Below are positions 20,658 to 31,689 of a DNA stretch of 32,000 nt, piece after piece (position 1 is the stretch's first letter; each line of letters opens with the position of its first letter). The notes under the pieces were generated by a model. That model saw nothing but the letters and a program-made list of their open reading frames with translations, did no database searches and had not been told where the DNA came from. The stretch comes from Vibrio cholerae ATCC 14035 (lineage in GTDB: Bacteria > Pseudomonadota > Gammaproteobacteria > Enterobacterales > Vibrionaceae), in contig NZ_JHXR01000011.1 in NCBI RefSeq assembly GCF_000621645.1, forward strand, positions 145,974 to 177,973, in the 5' to 3' direction. Made by a program: the position numbers and the translations under genes.

Positions 20658-21359
20658 ATGGGTCAGAAAGTACATCCAAATGGTATTCGTCTAGGCATCG
20701 TTAAGCCTTGGAATGCTACATGGTTTGCTAACACCAAAGATTTCGCTGACAACCTAGACGGCGACTTCAAGGTACGTCAATACCTGTCTAAGGAATTGGC
20801 AAACGCGTCTCTGTCACGCATCGTTATCGAACGTCCTGCGAAAAGCATCCGTGTGACTATTCACACTGCTCGTCCAGGTGTTGTTATCGGTAAGAAAGGC
20901 GAAGACGTTGAAAAACTGCGTGCAGCAGTAGCAAAAATTGCTGGCGTACCAGCGCAAATCAACATCGCTGAAGTACGTAAGCCTGAGCTGGATGGTCAGC
21001 TTGTGGCTGATAGCATCGCGTCTCAACTAGAGCGTCGCGTAATGTTCCGTCGTGCTATGAAGCGCGCAGTACAAAACGCAATGCGCCTAGGCGCTAAAGG
21101 TATCAAAGTGGAAGTAAGCGGTCGTTTAGGCGGCGCTGAAATCGCTCGTTCAGAGTGGTATCGTGAAGGTCGCGTACCTCTACACACTCTGCGTGCTGAC
21201 ATTGATTACGCAACTTCTTCGGCTCACACCACCTACGGTGTAATCGGCGTTAAAGTCTGGATCTTCAAAGGTGAGATCCTAGGCGGTATGCCAGCAGCAA
21301 CTGAAGCTGCAGAGCCAAAGGCTGACAAGCCGAAGAAGCAGCGTAAAGGCCGTAAGTAA
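20658..21359 (+). CDS. rpsC: 30S ribosomal protein S3
   Basis: 233 aa, [24 protein letters not shown]... Confidence 0.98.
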   Translation: MGQKVHPNGIRLGIVKPWNATWFANTKDFADNLDGDFKVRQYLSKELANASLSRIVIERPAKSIRVTIHTARPGVVIGKKGEDVEKLRAAVAKIAGVPAQINIAEVRKPELDGQLVADSIASQLERRVMFRRAMKRAVQNAMRLGAKGIKVEVSGRLGGAEIARSEWYREGRVPLHTLRADIDYATSSAHTTYGVIGVKVWIFKGEILGGMPAATEAAEPKADKPKKQRKGRK

Positions 21360-21370
21360 GGAGTCGACAG

Positions 21371-21781
21371 ATGCTACAACCTAAACGTACTAAGTTCCGT
21401 AAGGTTCAGACTGGTCGTAACCGTGGTCTAGCGAAAGGTACAGAAGTAAGCTTCGGTACTTTTGGTCTTAAAGCTGTAGGCCGTGGTCGTCTGACTGCTC
21501 GTCAAATCGAAGCGGCACGTCGTGCTATGACGCGTCATATCAAGCGTCAAGGTAAAATCTGGATCCGTGTGTTCCCAGACAAGCCAATCACTGAAAAACC
21601 ACTAGAAGTTCGTCAAGGTAAGGGTAAAGGTAACGTTGAGTACTGGGTAGCCCAAATCCAACCTGGTAAGGTTATGTACGAAGTTGATGGTGTACCTGAA
21701 GAATTGGCACGTGAAGCGTTCCGCCTAGCGGCTCGCAAACTGCCATTCAAGACTACATTCGTAACTAAGCAGGTGATGTGA
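21371..21781 (+). CDS. rplP: 50S ribosomal protein L16
   Basis: 136 aa, [21 protein letters not shown]... Confidence 0.98.
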   Translation: MLQPKRTKFRKVQTGRNRGLAKGTEVSFGTFGLKAVGRGRLTARQIEAARRAMTRHIKRQGKIWIRVFPDKPITEKPLEVRQGKGKGNVEYWVAQIQPGKVMYEVDGVPEELAREAFRLAARKLPFKTTFVTKQVM

Positions 21782-21972
21782 TGAAAGCACAAGATCTACG
21801 CGAAAAAAGCGTTGAAGAGCTGAACTCTGAGCTACTGAATTTGCTGAAAGAGCAGTTCAACTTGCGCATGCAAGCTGCAACTGGTCAACTGCAGCAGACT
21901 CATACTCTGAAAGCTGTACGCCGTGATATCGCACGTGTGAAAACTGTTTTGACTGAGAAGGCAGGCGCATAA
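21781..21972 (+). CDS. rpmC: 50S ribosomal protein L29
   Basis: The ATG at 21781 (TGATG overlap with the rplP stop) gives the 63-aa [14 protein letters not shown]... The track start at 21778 is a GTG one codon upstream. Confidence 0.95.
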   Translation: MKAQDLREKSVEELNSELLNLLKEQFNLRMQAATGQLQQTHTLKAVRRDIARVKTVLTEKAGA

Positions 21973-22226
21973 TGAGCGACAAAATTCGTACTCAACTAGG
22001 TCGTGTTGTTAGCGACAAGATGGACAAGTCTATCGTTGTTGCTATCGAGCGCATGGTGAAGCACCCTATCTACGGTAAATTCGTTAAGCGCACGACTAAA
22101 GTACACGCACATGACGAAAACAACGAGTGTGGCATTGGCGACACTGTTGAAATTCGTGAATGTCGTCCACTGTCTAAGACTAAGTCTTGGACTCTGGTGA
22201 AAATTGTAGAAAAAGCGAAGATGTAA
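21972..22226 (+). CDS. rpsQ: 30S ribosomal protein S17
   Basis: 84 aa, [23 protein letters not shown]... TAATG overlap with rpmC. Confidence 0.98.
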   Translation: MSDKIRTQLGRVVSDKMDKSIVVAIERMVKHPIYGKFVKRTTKVHAHDENNECGIGDTVEIRECRPLSKTKSWTLVKIVEKAKM

Positions 22227-22250
22227 TCTCCTCTCTTTCTCGCAATTCAG

Positions 22251-22285
22251 GCGGCTCCAATTATTTTTGGGGCCGCTTGTTTTTT
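22251..22285 (+). terminator. intrinsic terminator at end of S10 operon
   Basis: gcggctcc (22251..22258) / ggggccgc (22269..22276) forms an 8-bp stem (one G-T pair) with a 10-nt loop, followed by ttgttttt. Confidence 0.65.
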
Positions 22286-22308
22286 GACTACCCAATCAAA
22301 AAAAAGGG

Positions 22309-22317
22309 TGGTACAAT
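22309..22317 (+). promoter_or_regulatory. candidate spc operon promoter, extended -10 (TGgTACAAT)
   Basis: TG is at 22309..22310 and TACAAT at 22312..22317, followed by a GC-rich tcgcgtccc discriminator. The only good -35-like hexamer (TTGACT, 22284) is 22 nt away, so the call rests on the extended -10. Confidence 0.4.
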
Positions 22318-22342
22318 TCGCGTCCCTTTAAAGAGGCAGCCC

Positions 22343-22367
22343 GACCCGAGATGGGTCTAGTTTTTTT
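22343..22367 (+). promoter_or_regulatory. terminator-like hairpin plus T7 run in the spc leader
   Basis: gaccc (22343..22347) / gggtc (22353..22357) has a 5-nt loop, then tag and TTTTTTT (22361..22367). It lies 21 nt before the rplN ATG. Confidence 0.4.
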
Positions 22368-22376
22368 AATATTTAG

Positions 22377-22760
<384 letters not shown>

Positions 22761-22772
22761 GGAGCGGCAACA

Positions 22773-23090
22773 ATGGCAGCTAAAATCCGTCAAAATGACG
22801 AAGTAATCGTTCTTGCTGGGAAAGACAAAGGCAAGAAAGGTAAAGTAACTAAGGTTCTGGCAACTGGTAAAGTTATCGTTGAAGGTATCAATCTAGTTAA
22901 GAAACACCAGAAACCTGTTCCTGCGATGGGTGTCCAAGGTGGCATCGTTGAGCAAGAAGCAGCGATCGACGTTTCTAACATTGCGATTTTCAACGCAAAA
23001 ACTGGTAAAGCAGACCGCATCGGTTTCCGTTTCGAAGATGGTAAGAAAGTTCGTTTCTTTAAATCTAACAACGAAATCGTTTCTAACTAA
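22773..23090 (+). CDS. rplX: 50S ribosomal protein L24
   Basis: 105 aa, [25 protein letters not shown]... Confidence 0.98.
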
Positions 23091-23114
23091 TTAGAAGTAA
23101 TTTGGAGTTCTACT

Positions 23115-23654
23115 ATGGCGAAACTGCATGATTACTACAAGTCGTCTGTAGTCGCTGAGCTGACCAAACAGTTCAGTTACACAAGCGTCATGCAAGTCCC
23201 TAGAATTGAGAAAATCACCCTCAATATGGGCGTTGGTGAAGCAATCAACGATAAGAAACTACTTGAAAATGCAGCGTCTGATATGGCGATCATCTCTGGC
23301 CAAAAGCCACTGATCACTAAAGCGCGCAAATCTGTAGCTGGTTTCAAAATTCGTGAAGGCTACCCAATTGGTTGTAAAGTAACCTTGCGTGGCGAGCGCA
23401 TGTGGGATTTCTTGGAGCGTTTGATTTCTATCGCTCTACCACGTGTACGTGACTTCCGCGGTGTTAACGGCAAGTCTTTTGACGGTCGCGGTAACTACAG
23501 CATGGGCGTTCGCGAGCAAATCATCTTTCCGGAAATCGACTACGATAAAGTCGATCGTGTACGCGGTCTTGATATCACTATCACGACTACCGCTGGTACC
23601 GATGAGGAAGGCCGTGCTCTGCTGGCTGCCTTTAACTTCCCATTCCGTAAGTAA
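23115..23654 (+). CDS. rplE: 50S ribosomal protein L5
   Basis: 179 aa, [20 protein letters not shown]... Confidence 0.98.
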   Translation: MAKLHDYYKSSVVAELTKQFSYTSVMQVPRIEKITLNMGVGEAINDKKLLENAASDMAIISGQKPLITKARKSVAGFKIREGYPIGCKVTLRGERMWDFLERLISIALPRVRDFRGVNGKSFDGRGNYSMGVREQIIFPEIDYDKVDRVRGLDITITTTAGTDEEGRALLAAFNFPFRK

Positions 23655-23671
23655 GGTGAAGGGTTACTGTT

Positions 23672-23977
23672 ATGGCTAAACAATCAATGAAAGCACGTGA
23701 AGAAAAACGTGCGAAGCTGGTAGCTCAGTTCGCTGAAAAGCGTGCAACTCTGAAAGCTATCATCAGCGATGTAAACGCATCTGAAGAAGATCGTTGGAAC
23801 GCGGTTCTTAAACTGCAATCTCTTCCACGTGATTCAAGTCGTTCTCGTCAGCGTAACCGTTGCAACCAAACTGGTCGCCCACACGGTTTCCTACGTAAGT
23901 TCGGTCTAAGCCGTATTAAAGTTCGTGAAGCTTGCATGAAAGGCGAGATTCCAGGACTTCGTAAGGCTAGCTGGTAA
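23672..23977 (+). CDS. rpsN: 30S ribosomal protein S14 (long form)
   Basis: 101 aa, [20 protein letters not shown]... Confidence 0.98.
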   Translation: MAKQSMKAREEKRAKLVAQFAEKRATLKAIISDVNASEEDRWNAVLKLQSLPRDSSRSRQRNRCNQTGRPHGFLRKFGLSRIKVREACMKGEIPGLRKASW

Positions 23978-24006
23978 TTGCCACTTAATCATTTGGAGTA
24001 AAGTTT

Positions 24007-24399
24007 ATGAGCATGCAAGATCCGATTTCGGATATGCTGACCCGCATTCGTAACGGTCAGGCAGCAAACAAAGTTGCTGTAAAAATGCCTTCTTCAAAGC
24101 TGAAAGTTGCAATTGCTGCACTTCTGAAAGCAGAAGGTTATATCGCTGATTTCGCTGTTGAAGGCGAAGTGAAAGCAGAGCTGGAAATCACTCTTAAGTA
24201 TTTCCAAGCAAAACCAGTAATCGAGCAAATCAAACGCGTTTCTCGTCCAGGTCTTCGTGTTTACAAGAAGAAAGACGAGCTGCCATCTGTAATGGGTGGT
24301 CTAGGCGTTGCTGTCGTTTCCACTTCCAAGGGTCTGATGTCAGACCGCGCTGCTCGTAAAGCAGGTCTTGGCGGTGAAATCATTTGCTACGTAGCATAA
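24007..24399 (+). CDS. rpsH: 30S ribosomal protein S8
   Basis: 130 aa, [20 protein letters not shown]... Confidence 0.98.
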   Translation: MSMQDPISDMLTRIRNGQAANKVAVKMPSSKLKVAIAALLKAEGYIADFAVEGEVKAELEITLKYFQAKPVIEQIKRVSRPGLRVYKKKDELPSVMGGLGVAVVSTSKGLMSDRAARKAGLGGEIICYVA

Positions 24400-24413
24400 T
24401 TAAGGAGTAGAAC

Positions 24414-24947
24414 ATGTCTCGTGTTGCTAAAGCACCTGTCGCTATTCCAGCTGGCGTAGAGGTGAAACTGAACGGCCAAGAGATCACTATTAAAGGTGCT
24501 AAAGGCGAACTTTCTCGCGTTTTCCACAAAGGCGTAGTGATCGCACAAGAAGACAACCAATTGACTTTTGGCCCACGTGAAGGCGTAGCCAATGCATGGG
24601 CACAAGCAGGTACTGCACGTGCTCTAGTTAAGAACATGGTTGTTGGTGTTACTGAAGGCTTTACTAAGAAACTCGTTCTAAAGGGTGTTGGTTACCGTGC
24701 TGCTATGAAAGGCAACGCTGTAGGCCTGACTCTGGGTTTCTCTCACCCTGTTGAGCATGAACTGCCAGAGGGTATTAAAGCTGAATGTCCAAGCCAAACT
24801 GAAATCGTACTGACTGGTTGTGACAAACAACTTGTTGGTCAGGTTGCGGCTGACATTCGTTCTTACCGCGCGCCTGAGCCTTACAAAGGCAAAGGTATTC
24901 GTTACGCAGATGAAAATGTGCGTAGTAAAGAAGCTAAGAAGAAGTAA
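24414..24947 (+). CDS. rplF: 50S ribosomal protein L6
   Basis: 177 aa, [22 protein letters not shown]... Confidence 0.98.
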   Translation: MSRVAKAPVAIPAGVEVKLNGQEITIKGAKGELSRVFHKGVVIAQEDNQLTFGPREGVANAWAQAGTARALVKNMVVGVTEGFTKKLVLKGVGYRAAMKGNAVGLTLGFSHPVEHELPEGIKAECPSQTEIVLTGCDKQLVGQVAADIRSYRAPEPYKGKGIRYADENVRSKEAKKK

Positions 24948-24956
24948 GGTAACACT

Positions 24957-25310
24957 ATGGATAAGAAAGCATCTCGCATCCGTCGTGCTACACGTGCACG
25001 TCGTAAGATTGCAGAACTGGGTGCAACTCGCCTAGTAGTACACCGTACTCCTCGTCATGTGTACGCACAAGTGATTGCAGCTAATGGCTCTGAGGTTATC
25101 GCCGCCGCTTCTACTGTAGAAAAAGCGATCCGTGAGCAAGTGAAATACACCGGTAACATCGATGCAGCGAAAGCAGTGGGTAAAGCTGTTGCAGAGCGCG
25201 CACTTGAAAAAGGCGTAACTGTAGTTGCGTTTGATCGTTCTGGTTTCCAATACCACGGTCGAGTAGCAGCGCTAGCAGATTCTGCTCGCGAAGCTGGTCT
25301 GAAATTCTAA
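24957..25310 (+). CDS. rplR: 50S ribosomal protein L18
   Basis: 117 aa, [18 protein letters not shown]... Confidence 0.98.
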   Translation: MDKKASRIRRATRARRKIAELGATRLVVHRTPRHVYAQVIAANGSEVIAAASTVEKAIREQVKYTGNIDAAKAVGKAVAERALEKGVTVVAFDRSGFQYHGRVAALADSAREAGLKF

Positions 25311-25324
25311 GGTAGGGTTGGAAG

Positions 25325-25828
25325 ATGGCTAAAGAACAACAAGTTCAAGCGAATGATTTGCAAGAAAAATTAATCGCAGTTAACCGTGTTTCTAAAACGG
25401 TTAAAGGTGGTCGAATCATGAGCTTTACTGCACTGACTGTAGTTGGTGACGGTAACGGTCGTGTAGGTTTCGGTTACGGCAAAGCCCGTGAAGTACCTGC
25501 TGCGATCCAAAAAGCAATGGAAAAAGCACGTCGTAGCATGGTTACGATCGCGCTGAACGAAGGTACTCTTCACCACCCAGTGAAAGGTCGCCATTCGGGC
25601 TCTAAAGTTTACATGCAGCCTGCTGCAGAAGGTACTGGTGTAATCGCAGGTGGTGCGATGCGTGCAGTACTTGAAGTTGCTGGTGTACACAACGTTTTGT
25701 CTAAAGCGTACGGTTCTACTAACCCAATCAACATCGTTCGTGCAACGATTGATGCGCTAGTAGACGTTAAGTCACCAGAAATGGTTGCTGCTAAACGTGG
25801 TCTAACTGTTGAAGCGATTTCGGAGTAA
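25325..25828 (+). CDS. rpsE: 30S ribosomal protein S5
   Basis: 167 aa, contains ...[39 protein letters not shown]... Confidence 0.98.
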   Translation: MAKEQQVQANDLQEKLIAVNRVSKTVKGGRIMSFTALTVVGDGNGRVGFGYGKAREVPAAIQKAMEKARRSMVTIALNEGTLHHPVKGRHSGSKVYMQPAAEGTGVIAGGAMRAVLEVAGVHNVLSKAYGSTNPINIVRATIDALVDVKSPEMVAAKRGLTVEAISE

Positions 25829-25834
25829 GAACAC

Positions 25835-26011
25835 ATGGCAACTATTAAAGTAACTCAAACTAAAAGCTCAATTGGTCGCCTGCCAAAGCATAAAGCTACA
25901 CTGCGCGGTTTAGGCCTTCGTAAAATCAACCACACAGTAGAACTTGAAGATACGCCATGTGTTCGTGGCATGATCAACAAGGTTTACTACATGGTTAAAG
26001 TTGAGGAGTAA
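25835..26011 (+). CDS. rpmD: 50S ribosomal protein L30
   Basis: Not in the ORF track because it is under 60 aa. Hand translation from the ATG at 25835 gives [58 protein letters not shown] (58 aa), with TAA at 26009..26011. It occupies the expected slot between rpsE and rplO. Confidence 0.93.
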
Positions 26012-26016
26012 TCATA

Positions 26017-26451
26017 ATGTTATTGAATACTCTATCACCGGCTGCGGGTTCTAAACATGCTCCTAAGCGTTTAGGTCGTGGTGTCGGTTCAGGCCTTGGT
26101 AAAACAGGTGGCCGTGGTCACAAAGGTCAAAAGTCACGTTCTGGCGGCAAAGTACGTCCAGGTTTTGAAGGCGGTCAAATGCCTCTGAAACAACGTCTAC
26201 CAAAATTCGGCTTCACTTCTCGTAAGAGCTTTGTGTCTGCTGAAGTTCGTCTGTCTGAACTGGCGAAAGTAACTGGTGACGTAGTTGATCTGAACGCTCT
26301 GAAAGCGGCAAACCTTGTTACTAAAAACATCGAGTTTGCAAAAATCGTTCTTTCTGGCGAGATCAGCAAAGCAGTGACTGTAAAAGGTCTGCGCGTGACT
26401 AAAGGCGCTAAAGCTGCAATCGAAGCTGCAGGCGGTAAAATCGAGGAATAA
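26017..26451 (+). CDS. rplO: 50S ribosomal protein L15
   Basis: 144 aa, [38 protein letters not shown]... Confidence 0.98.
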   Translation: MLLNTLSPAAGSKHAPKRLGRGVGSGLGKTGGRGHKGQKSRSGGKVRPGFEGGQMPLKQRLPKFGFTSRKSFVSAEVRLSELAKVTGDVVDLNALKAANLVTKNIEFAKIVLSGEISKAVTVKGLRVTKGAKAAIEAAGGKIEE

Positions 26452-26471
26452 TCTCGAGGATTGAGGTACAG

Positions 26472-27806
26472 ATGGCTAGAAAACCAGGACAAGATTTTCG
26501 TAGTGCTCAGAGCGGCTTAAGTGAACTGAAGTCGCGCTTATTCTTCGTAATTGGTGCACTTTTAGTATTCCGAGCCGGCTCTTTTGTGCCGATTCCTGGT
26601 ATTGACGCTGCTGTACTTGCCGAATTGTTCGAACAGCAAAAAGGTACCATCGTAGAAATGTTTAACATGTTCTCCGGTGGTGCTCTTGAGCGTGCATCTA
26701 TTTTAGCACTGGGCATCATGCCGTATATTTCGGCGTCAATTGTTGTCCAGTTGCTAACAGTAGTTCATCCAGCGTTAGCGGAACTCAAGAAAGAGGGTGA
26801 AGCAGGCCGTCGTAAGATAAGCCAATATACGCGCTACGGCACGCTTGTACTTGCAACATTCCAAGCGATTGGTATTGCAACAGGCTTACCAAACATGGTC
26901 AACAATCTGGTCGTTATCGACCAAACCATGTTTACCCTGATTGCGACCGTGAGTTTAGTAACCGGTACCATGTTCTTAATGTGGTTAGGTGAACAAATTA
27001 CAGAGCGTGGAATTGGAAACGGTATTTCGATACTGATTTTCGCAGGTATTGTTGCTGGATTGCCTAAAGCAATCGGTCAAACAATCGAGCAAGCGCGTCA
27101 AGGTGAACTGCATGTACTTCTTCTGCTGTTAATCGCAGTGTTAGCTTTTGCTGTGATTTACTTCGTTGTTTTCATGGAGCGTGGTCAACGTCGTATCGTT
27201 GTGAACTACGCAAAGCGTCAACAAGGTCGTAAGGTGTTCGCAGCACAAAGCACTCACTTGCCGTTGAAAATCAACATGGCTGGTGTAATTCCTGCGATTT
27301 TTGCGTCAAGCATTATCCTGTTCCCAGGAACATTGGCGCAGTGGTTTGGTCAGAACGGCGAAAGCAGCACATTCGGTTGGCTAACTGATGTGTCTTTAGC
27401 TTTGAGCCCAGGCCAGCCTCTGTATGTAATGCTTTATGCAGCGGCGATTATCTTCTTCTGTTTCTTCTATACCGCGTTGGTGTTTAACCCGCGTGAAACG
27501 GCAGATAACTTGAAGAAGTCTGGTGCATTCGTACCCGGTATCCGCCCAGGTGAGCAGACAGCGAAATACATCGATAAAGTAATGACACGTTTAACCCTTG
27601 CAGGTGCACTGTATATTACTTTTATCTGTCTGATCCCTGAGTTCATGATGGTCGCTTGGAACGTACGTTTCTACTTTGGCGGCACATCACTACTGATTGT
27701 AGTTGTCGTGATCATGGACTTTATGGCACAGGTACAGACCCATTTGATGTCTCATCAATATGAGTCTGTGTTGAAAAAAGCAAATCTGAAAGGCTACGGC
27801 CGTTAA
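26472..27806 (+). CDS. secY: preprotein translocase subunit SecY
   Basis: 444-aa polytopic membrane protein. [16 protein letters not shown] and the following sequence are colinear with SecY, and it sits in the spc operon position. Confidence 0.98.
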
Positions 27807-27844
27807 TACGGCAGGCAGTTCAGATAGATTTACGGAGTTTAGCA

Positions 27845-27958
27845 ATGAAAGTTCGTGCTTCCGTTAAAAAAATCTGCCGTAACTGTAAAGTTATCAAGCG
27901 TAACGGTGTCGTTCGCGTGATTTGCAGTGAGCCAAAGCACAAGCAGCGCCAAGGCTAA
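27845..27958 (+). CDS. rpmJ: 50S ribosomal protein L36 (Cys/His zinc-ribbon form)
   Basis: Not in the ORF track. Hand translation gives [37 protein letters not shown] (37 aa). The ACGGAG RBS is at 27832..27837 and TAA at 27956..27958. Confidence 0.93.
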
Positions 27959-27976
27959 TTAGCAGAAATTTTTTAC

Positions 27977-28005
27977 TTGAAAATTAAGGTAGTGTCGAGT
28001 ATATT
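27977..28005 (+). promoter_or_regulatory. alpha operon promoter TTGAAA - 17 nt - TATATT with GC-rich discriminator
   Basis: TTGAAA is at 27977..27982 and TATATT at 28000..28005, followed by cctcggcc. Confidence 0.6.
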
Positions 28006-28110
28006 CCTCGGCCTACCTTTTGCGTGCAAAAGAAGTAGTATACCGCAACGTATCCTCGACGGGCTTTGTTGCGGGTAATTCTTTGATGAAAGTACTAGGA
28101 GTGCATAGTG
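28006..28110 (+). promoter_or_regulatory. alpha operon leader / expected S4 translational-operator region around the rpsM start
   Basis: Hairpins are cttttgc/gcaaaag (28016..28031) and ccgcaac/gttgcgg (28043..28074). The AGGAG RBS and the GTG start are at the 3' end. The S4-binding pseudoknot role is inferred from E. coli and was not folded here. Confidence 0.5.
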
Positions 28111-28464
28111 GCCCGTATAGCAGGCATTAACATTCCTGATCATAAACACGCTGTAATCGCTCTAACTGCGATCTACGGTATCGGCAAAACTCGTTCAAAA
28201 GCTATTCTAGCTGACCTGGGTATTGCTGAGAGTGTTAAGATCAGTGAACTAACTGAAGAGCAGATCGATCAACTGCGTGATGGTGTAGCTAAGTACACTG
28301 TAGAGGGTGATCTACGTCGTGAAGTTTCCATGAACATCAAGCGCCTAATGGATCTTGGTTGTTACCGTGGTCTTCGTCATCGTCGCAGTCTACCACTACG
28401 TGGACAGCGTACTAAAACCAACGCTCGCACCCGTAAGGGTCCGCGTAAGCCGATCAAGAAATAA
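28108..28464 (+). CDS. rpsM: 30S ribosomal protein S13
   Basis: 118 aa, GTG start, [26 protein letters not shown]... Confidence 0.98.
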   Translation: MARIAGINIPDHKHAVIALTAIYGIGKTRSKAILADLGIAESVKISELTEEQIDQLRDGVAKYTVEGDLRREVSMNIKRLMDLGCYRGLRHRRSLPLRGQRTKTNARTRKGPRKPIKK

Positions 28465-28477
28465 TCGGGAAGGGTAG

Positions 28478-28873
<396 letters not shown>

Positions 28874-28900
28874 CGTTTCTAGGAAGATTGGAGAAAGATC

Positions 28901-29521
28901 ATGGCAAGATATTTGGGTCCTAAGCTGAAGCTTAGCCGCCGCGAAGGTACTGACTTGTTCCTTAAGTCAGGCGTTCGTGCGATTGATACCAAGTGTAAAA
29001 TTGATAACGCACCAGGCGTACACGGCGCTCGTCGCGGTCGTCTGTCTGAGTATGGCGTTCAGCTTCGTGAGAAGCAAAAAGTTCGTCGTATTTATGGCGT
29101 TTTAGAAAAACAATTCCGTAACTACTACAAAGAAGCTGCTCGCCTGAAAGGCAACACAGGTGAAAACCTGCTTCAGCTTCTGGAAGGTCGTCTGGATAAC
29201 GTAGTTTACCGTATGGGTTTTGGTGCAACTCGCGCTGAAGCACGTCAGCTGGTTAGCCACAAAGCTATCCTAGTAAACGGTAAAGTAGTAAACGTTCCTT
29301 CTTTCAATGTTGCGGCAAACGACGTTGTTGCAGTTCGTGAGAAAGCGAAAAAGCAATCTCGCATCAAAGCGGCTCTAGAAGTTGCTGAACAACGCGAAAA
29401 ACCAACTTGGATTGAAGTCGATGTAAACACGATGGAAGGTACTTTCAAGCGTATGCCTGAGCGTTCCGATCTGTCTGCTGACATCAACGAACAATTGATC
29501 GTCGAGCTTTACTCTAAGTAA
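28901..29521 (+). CDS. rpsD: 30S ribosomal protein S4
   Basis: 206 aa, [24 protein letters not shown]... Confidence 0.98.
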   Translation: MARYLGPKLKLSRREGTDLFLKSGVRAIDTKCKIDNAPGVHGARRGRLSEYGVQLREKQKVRRIYGVLEKQFRNYYKEAARLKGNTGENLLQLLEGRLDNVVYRMGFGATRAEARQLVSHKAILVNGKVVNVPSFNVAANDVVAVREKAKKQSRIKAALEVAEQREKPTWIEVDVNTMEGTFKRMPERSDLSADINEQLIVELYSK

Positions 29522-29545
29522 GGTTTAAACTAAAGAGAGGACACA

Positions 29546-30538
29546 ATGCAGGGTTCTGTAACAGAATTTCTTAAGCCACGTCTTGTTGATATCGAACAAA
29601 TCAGCACGACACACGCAAAAGTAACTCTTGAGCCGTTAGAGCGTGGTTTCGGCCATACTCTGGGTAATGCACTTCGCCGTATTCTTCTATCTTCAATGCC
29701 AGGTTGTGCTGTGACTGAAGTAGAGATTGAAGGCGTTCTTCACGAGTACAGCACCAAAGAAGGTGTTCAGGAAGATATCCTTGAGATTCTCTTGAACCTG
29801 AAAGGTCTGGCTGTTCGCGTTGCCGAAGGCAAAGATGAAGTGTTCATTACACTGAACAAATCAGGCTCGGGCCCTGTGGTTGCAGGTGACATCACCCATG
29901 ACGGTGATGTAGAGATCGTAAACCCTGAACACGTTATTTGTCATTTAACTTCTGACAATGCTGCGATCGCTATGCGTATCAAAGTAGAACGTGGTCGTGG
30001 TTATGTTCCAGCTTCTGCCCGTATCCATACTGAAGAAGATGAGCGTCCAATTGGTCGTTTGCTTGTTGACGCGACTTTCAGCCCAGTAGACAAAATTGCC
30101 TACTCTGTTGAAGCAGCTCGTGTTGAACAGCGTACTGACTTGGACAAGCTTGTTATCGATATGGAAACTAACGGTACTCTTGAGCCTGAGGAAGCAATCC
30201 GTCGCGCAGCAACAATTCTTGCTGAGCAATTGGATGCGTTCGTAGATCTTCGTGATGTACGTGTACCTGAGGAGAAGGAAGAGAAGCCAGAATTCGATCC
30301 GATCCTACTGCGTCCTGTAGACGATCTTGAACTAACAGTTCGCTCTGCTAACTGTCTGAAAGCAGAAGCGATTCACTACATCGGTGATCTGGTACAGCGC
30401 ACTGAGGTTGAGCTTCTTAAAACGCCAAACCTCGGTAAGAAGTCTCTTACAGAGATTAAAGACGTGCTTGCATCACGTGGTCTGTCTCTGGGCATGCGTC
30501 TAGAAAACTGGCCACCAGCGTCAATCGCTGAAGATTAA
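29546..30538 (+). CDS. rpoA: DNA-directed RNA polymerase subunit alpha
   Basis: 330 aa, [18 protein letters not shown]...; C-terminal domain ...[23 protein letters not shown]... Confidence 0.98.
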
Positions 30539-30561
30539 TCGATATTAGTTAGAAGGATTAG

Positions 30562-30951
<390 letters not shown>

Positions 30952-30970
30952 TCAGTTCGTCATGCAATAA

Positions 30971-30997
30971 AAGAGCCGGGCTAGCCCGGCTTTTTTA
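30971..30997 (+). terminator. intrinsic terminator at end of alpha operon
   Basis: agccgggc / gcccggct palindromic GC-rich stem followed by TTTTTT. Confidence 0.85.
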
Positions 30998-31020
30998 TTT
31001 CTATTTTCTGCTTTATCTGG

Positions 31021-31080
31021 GTGTGAAAAGTGGGTGTTGTGCTTTTTCACACTGTATCTCGATTTCACACTGTATATCGA
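31021..31080. repeat. TTTCACAC motif array: 18-bp tandem direct repeat (x2, 17/18 identical) plus an inverted copy forming a 9-bp hairpin
   Basis: tttcacactgtatctcga (31045..31062) is followed directly by tttcacactgtatatcga (31063..31080). gtgtgaaaa (31021..31029) is the reverse complement of ttttcacac (31044..31052). Confidence 0.7.
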
Positions 31081-31094
31081 TAGTGGGCATGGCA

Positions 31095-31571
31095 TTACTG
31101 CCATAGCTTACCTAATGACGCCAATAGGTCTTGACTCGCACCTTGCTGAGTCAGGTATTGCATCAAAACAGGCACGAACTGTTCAACCATGCTGGCATCC
31201 AGTCCTAATGTATTAAAGGCTTGGTTCACTTCTTTGCGTTGCAAAATTGTGCTGAGGTTTTGATTTGGGATGAGACCATTCAAATCATTAAGGTTTGGGA
31301 TTAATTGGAGCAACTCGCTTTTTTGATCGGCATTTAGGTTGTTTTGAGCCTGTGCAAGCAAGGTCGCTACGCCACCTCCCGCTTGTTGCGCTGAAAGAGG
31401 AAATTGACTGGTAAATTGAGTCAGTAACTCTTGGGTTGCTTTGGATTGGGAGAGGGTTTCACCAACTAATCCAGCGAGGTCGTTTGAACCTAAAGATTTG
31501 AGGTCAGGGAAAGCCAGAGCTGATGTGCTGGCGAGCGTCGAAATAAGTAAGGCAGTAAAACGATAGTGCAT
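31095..31571 (-). CDS. secreted protein of unknown function, DUF2780 (VcgC/VcgE)-like
   Basis: The ATG at 31571 lies 5 nt after GGAGAG; the track GTG at 31577 overlaps that RBS. The signal peptide is MHYRFTALLISTLASTSALA|FP. The Q/L-rich body with the LSAQQAGGGVATLL motif fits my recollection of DUF2780. The family call is unverified. Confidence 0.6.
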   Translation of the reverse strand: MHYRFTALLISTLASTSALAFPDLKSLGSNDLAGLVGETLSQSKATQELLTQFTSQFPLSAQQAGGGVATLLAQAQNNLNADQKSELLQLIPNLNDLNGLIPNQNLSTILQRKEVNQAFNTLGLDASMVEQFVPVLMQYLTQQGASQDLLASLGKLWQ

Positions 31572-31657
31572 GATCACTCTCCATAAATGGCGCGTAACGT
31601 ATTTTCTTATTCGGTTCGAAGGTTCAGACCGAAACCTTGGATGTGAGATAGTTTAAT

Positions 31658-31688
31658 AAAAATCCGCCTTCTTAGAAGGCGGTTTTAA
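31658..31688. terminator. bidirectional intrinsic terminator-like hairpin
   Basis: ccgcctt (31664..31670) / aaggcgg (31676..31682) is flanked by AAAAA on the left and TTTT on the right. Confidence 0.65.
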
Positions 31689-31689
31689 T

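Noticed and set aside
22284-22289. TTGACT as the -35 of the spc promoter.
   Set aside because: It lies 22 nt from the TACAAT -10, too far for a sigma70 promoter, and it overlaps the terminator T-run.
31022-31051. TGTGA ... TCACA pair resembling CRP half-sites.
   Set aside because: The half-sites are 20 nt apart rather than the canonical 6 nt, so this is not a standard CRP site. It is kept only as part of the repeat-array finding.
31045-31080. Possible mini-CRISPR or other spaced-repeat array.
   Set aside because: There are only two units, they abut directly with no spacer, and no cas genes are present.
31034-31216. 60-aa plus-strand ORF (MLCFFTLYLDFTLYID...).
   Set aside because: It is translated from the tandem DNA repeats, hence the repeated FTLY, and then runs antisense into the DUF2780 gene. 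It has no RBS.
31613-31620. GGTTCGAA, the tRNA T-loop signature, suggesting a tRNA or tRNA fragment (a possible integration site next to the IS).
   Set aside because: The flanks do not form a T-stem, and no acceptor or anticodon arms can be drawn.
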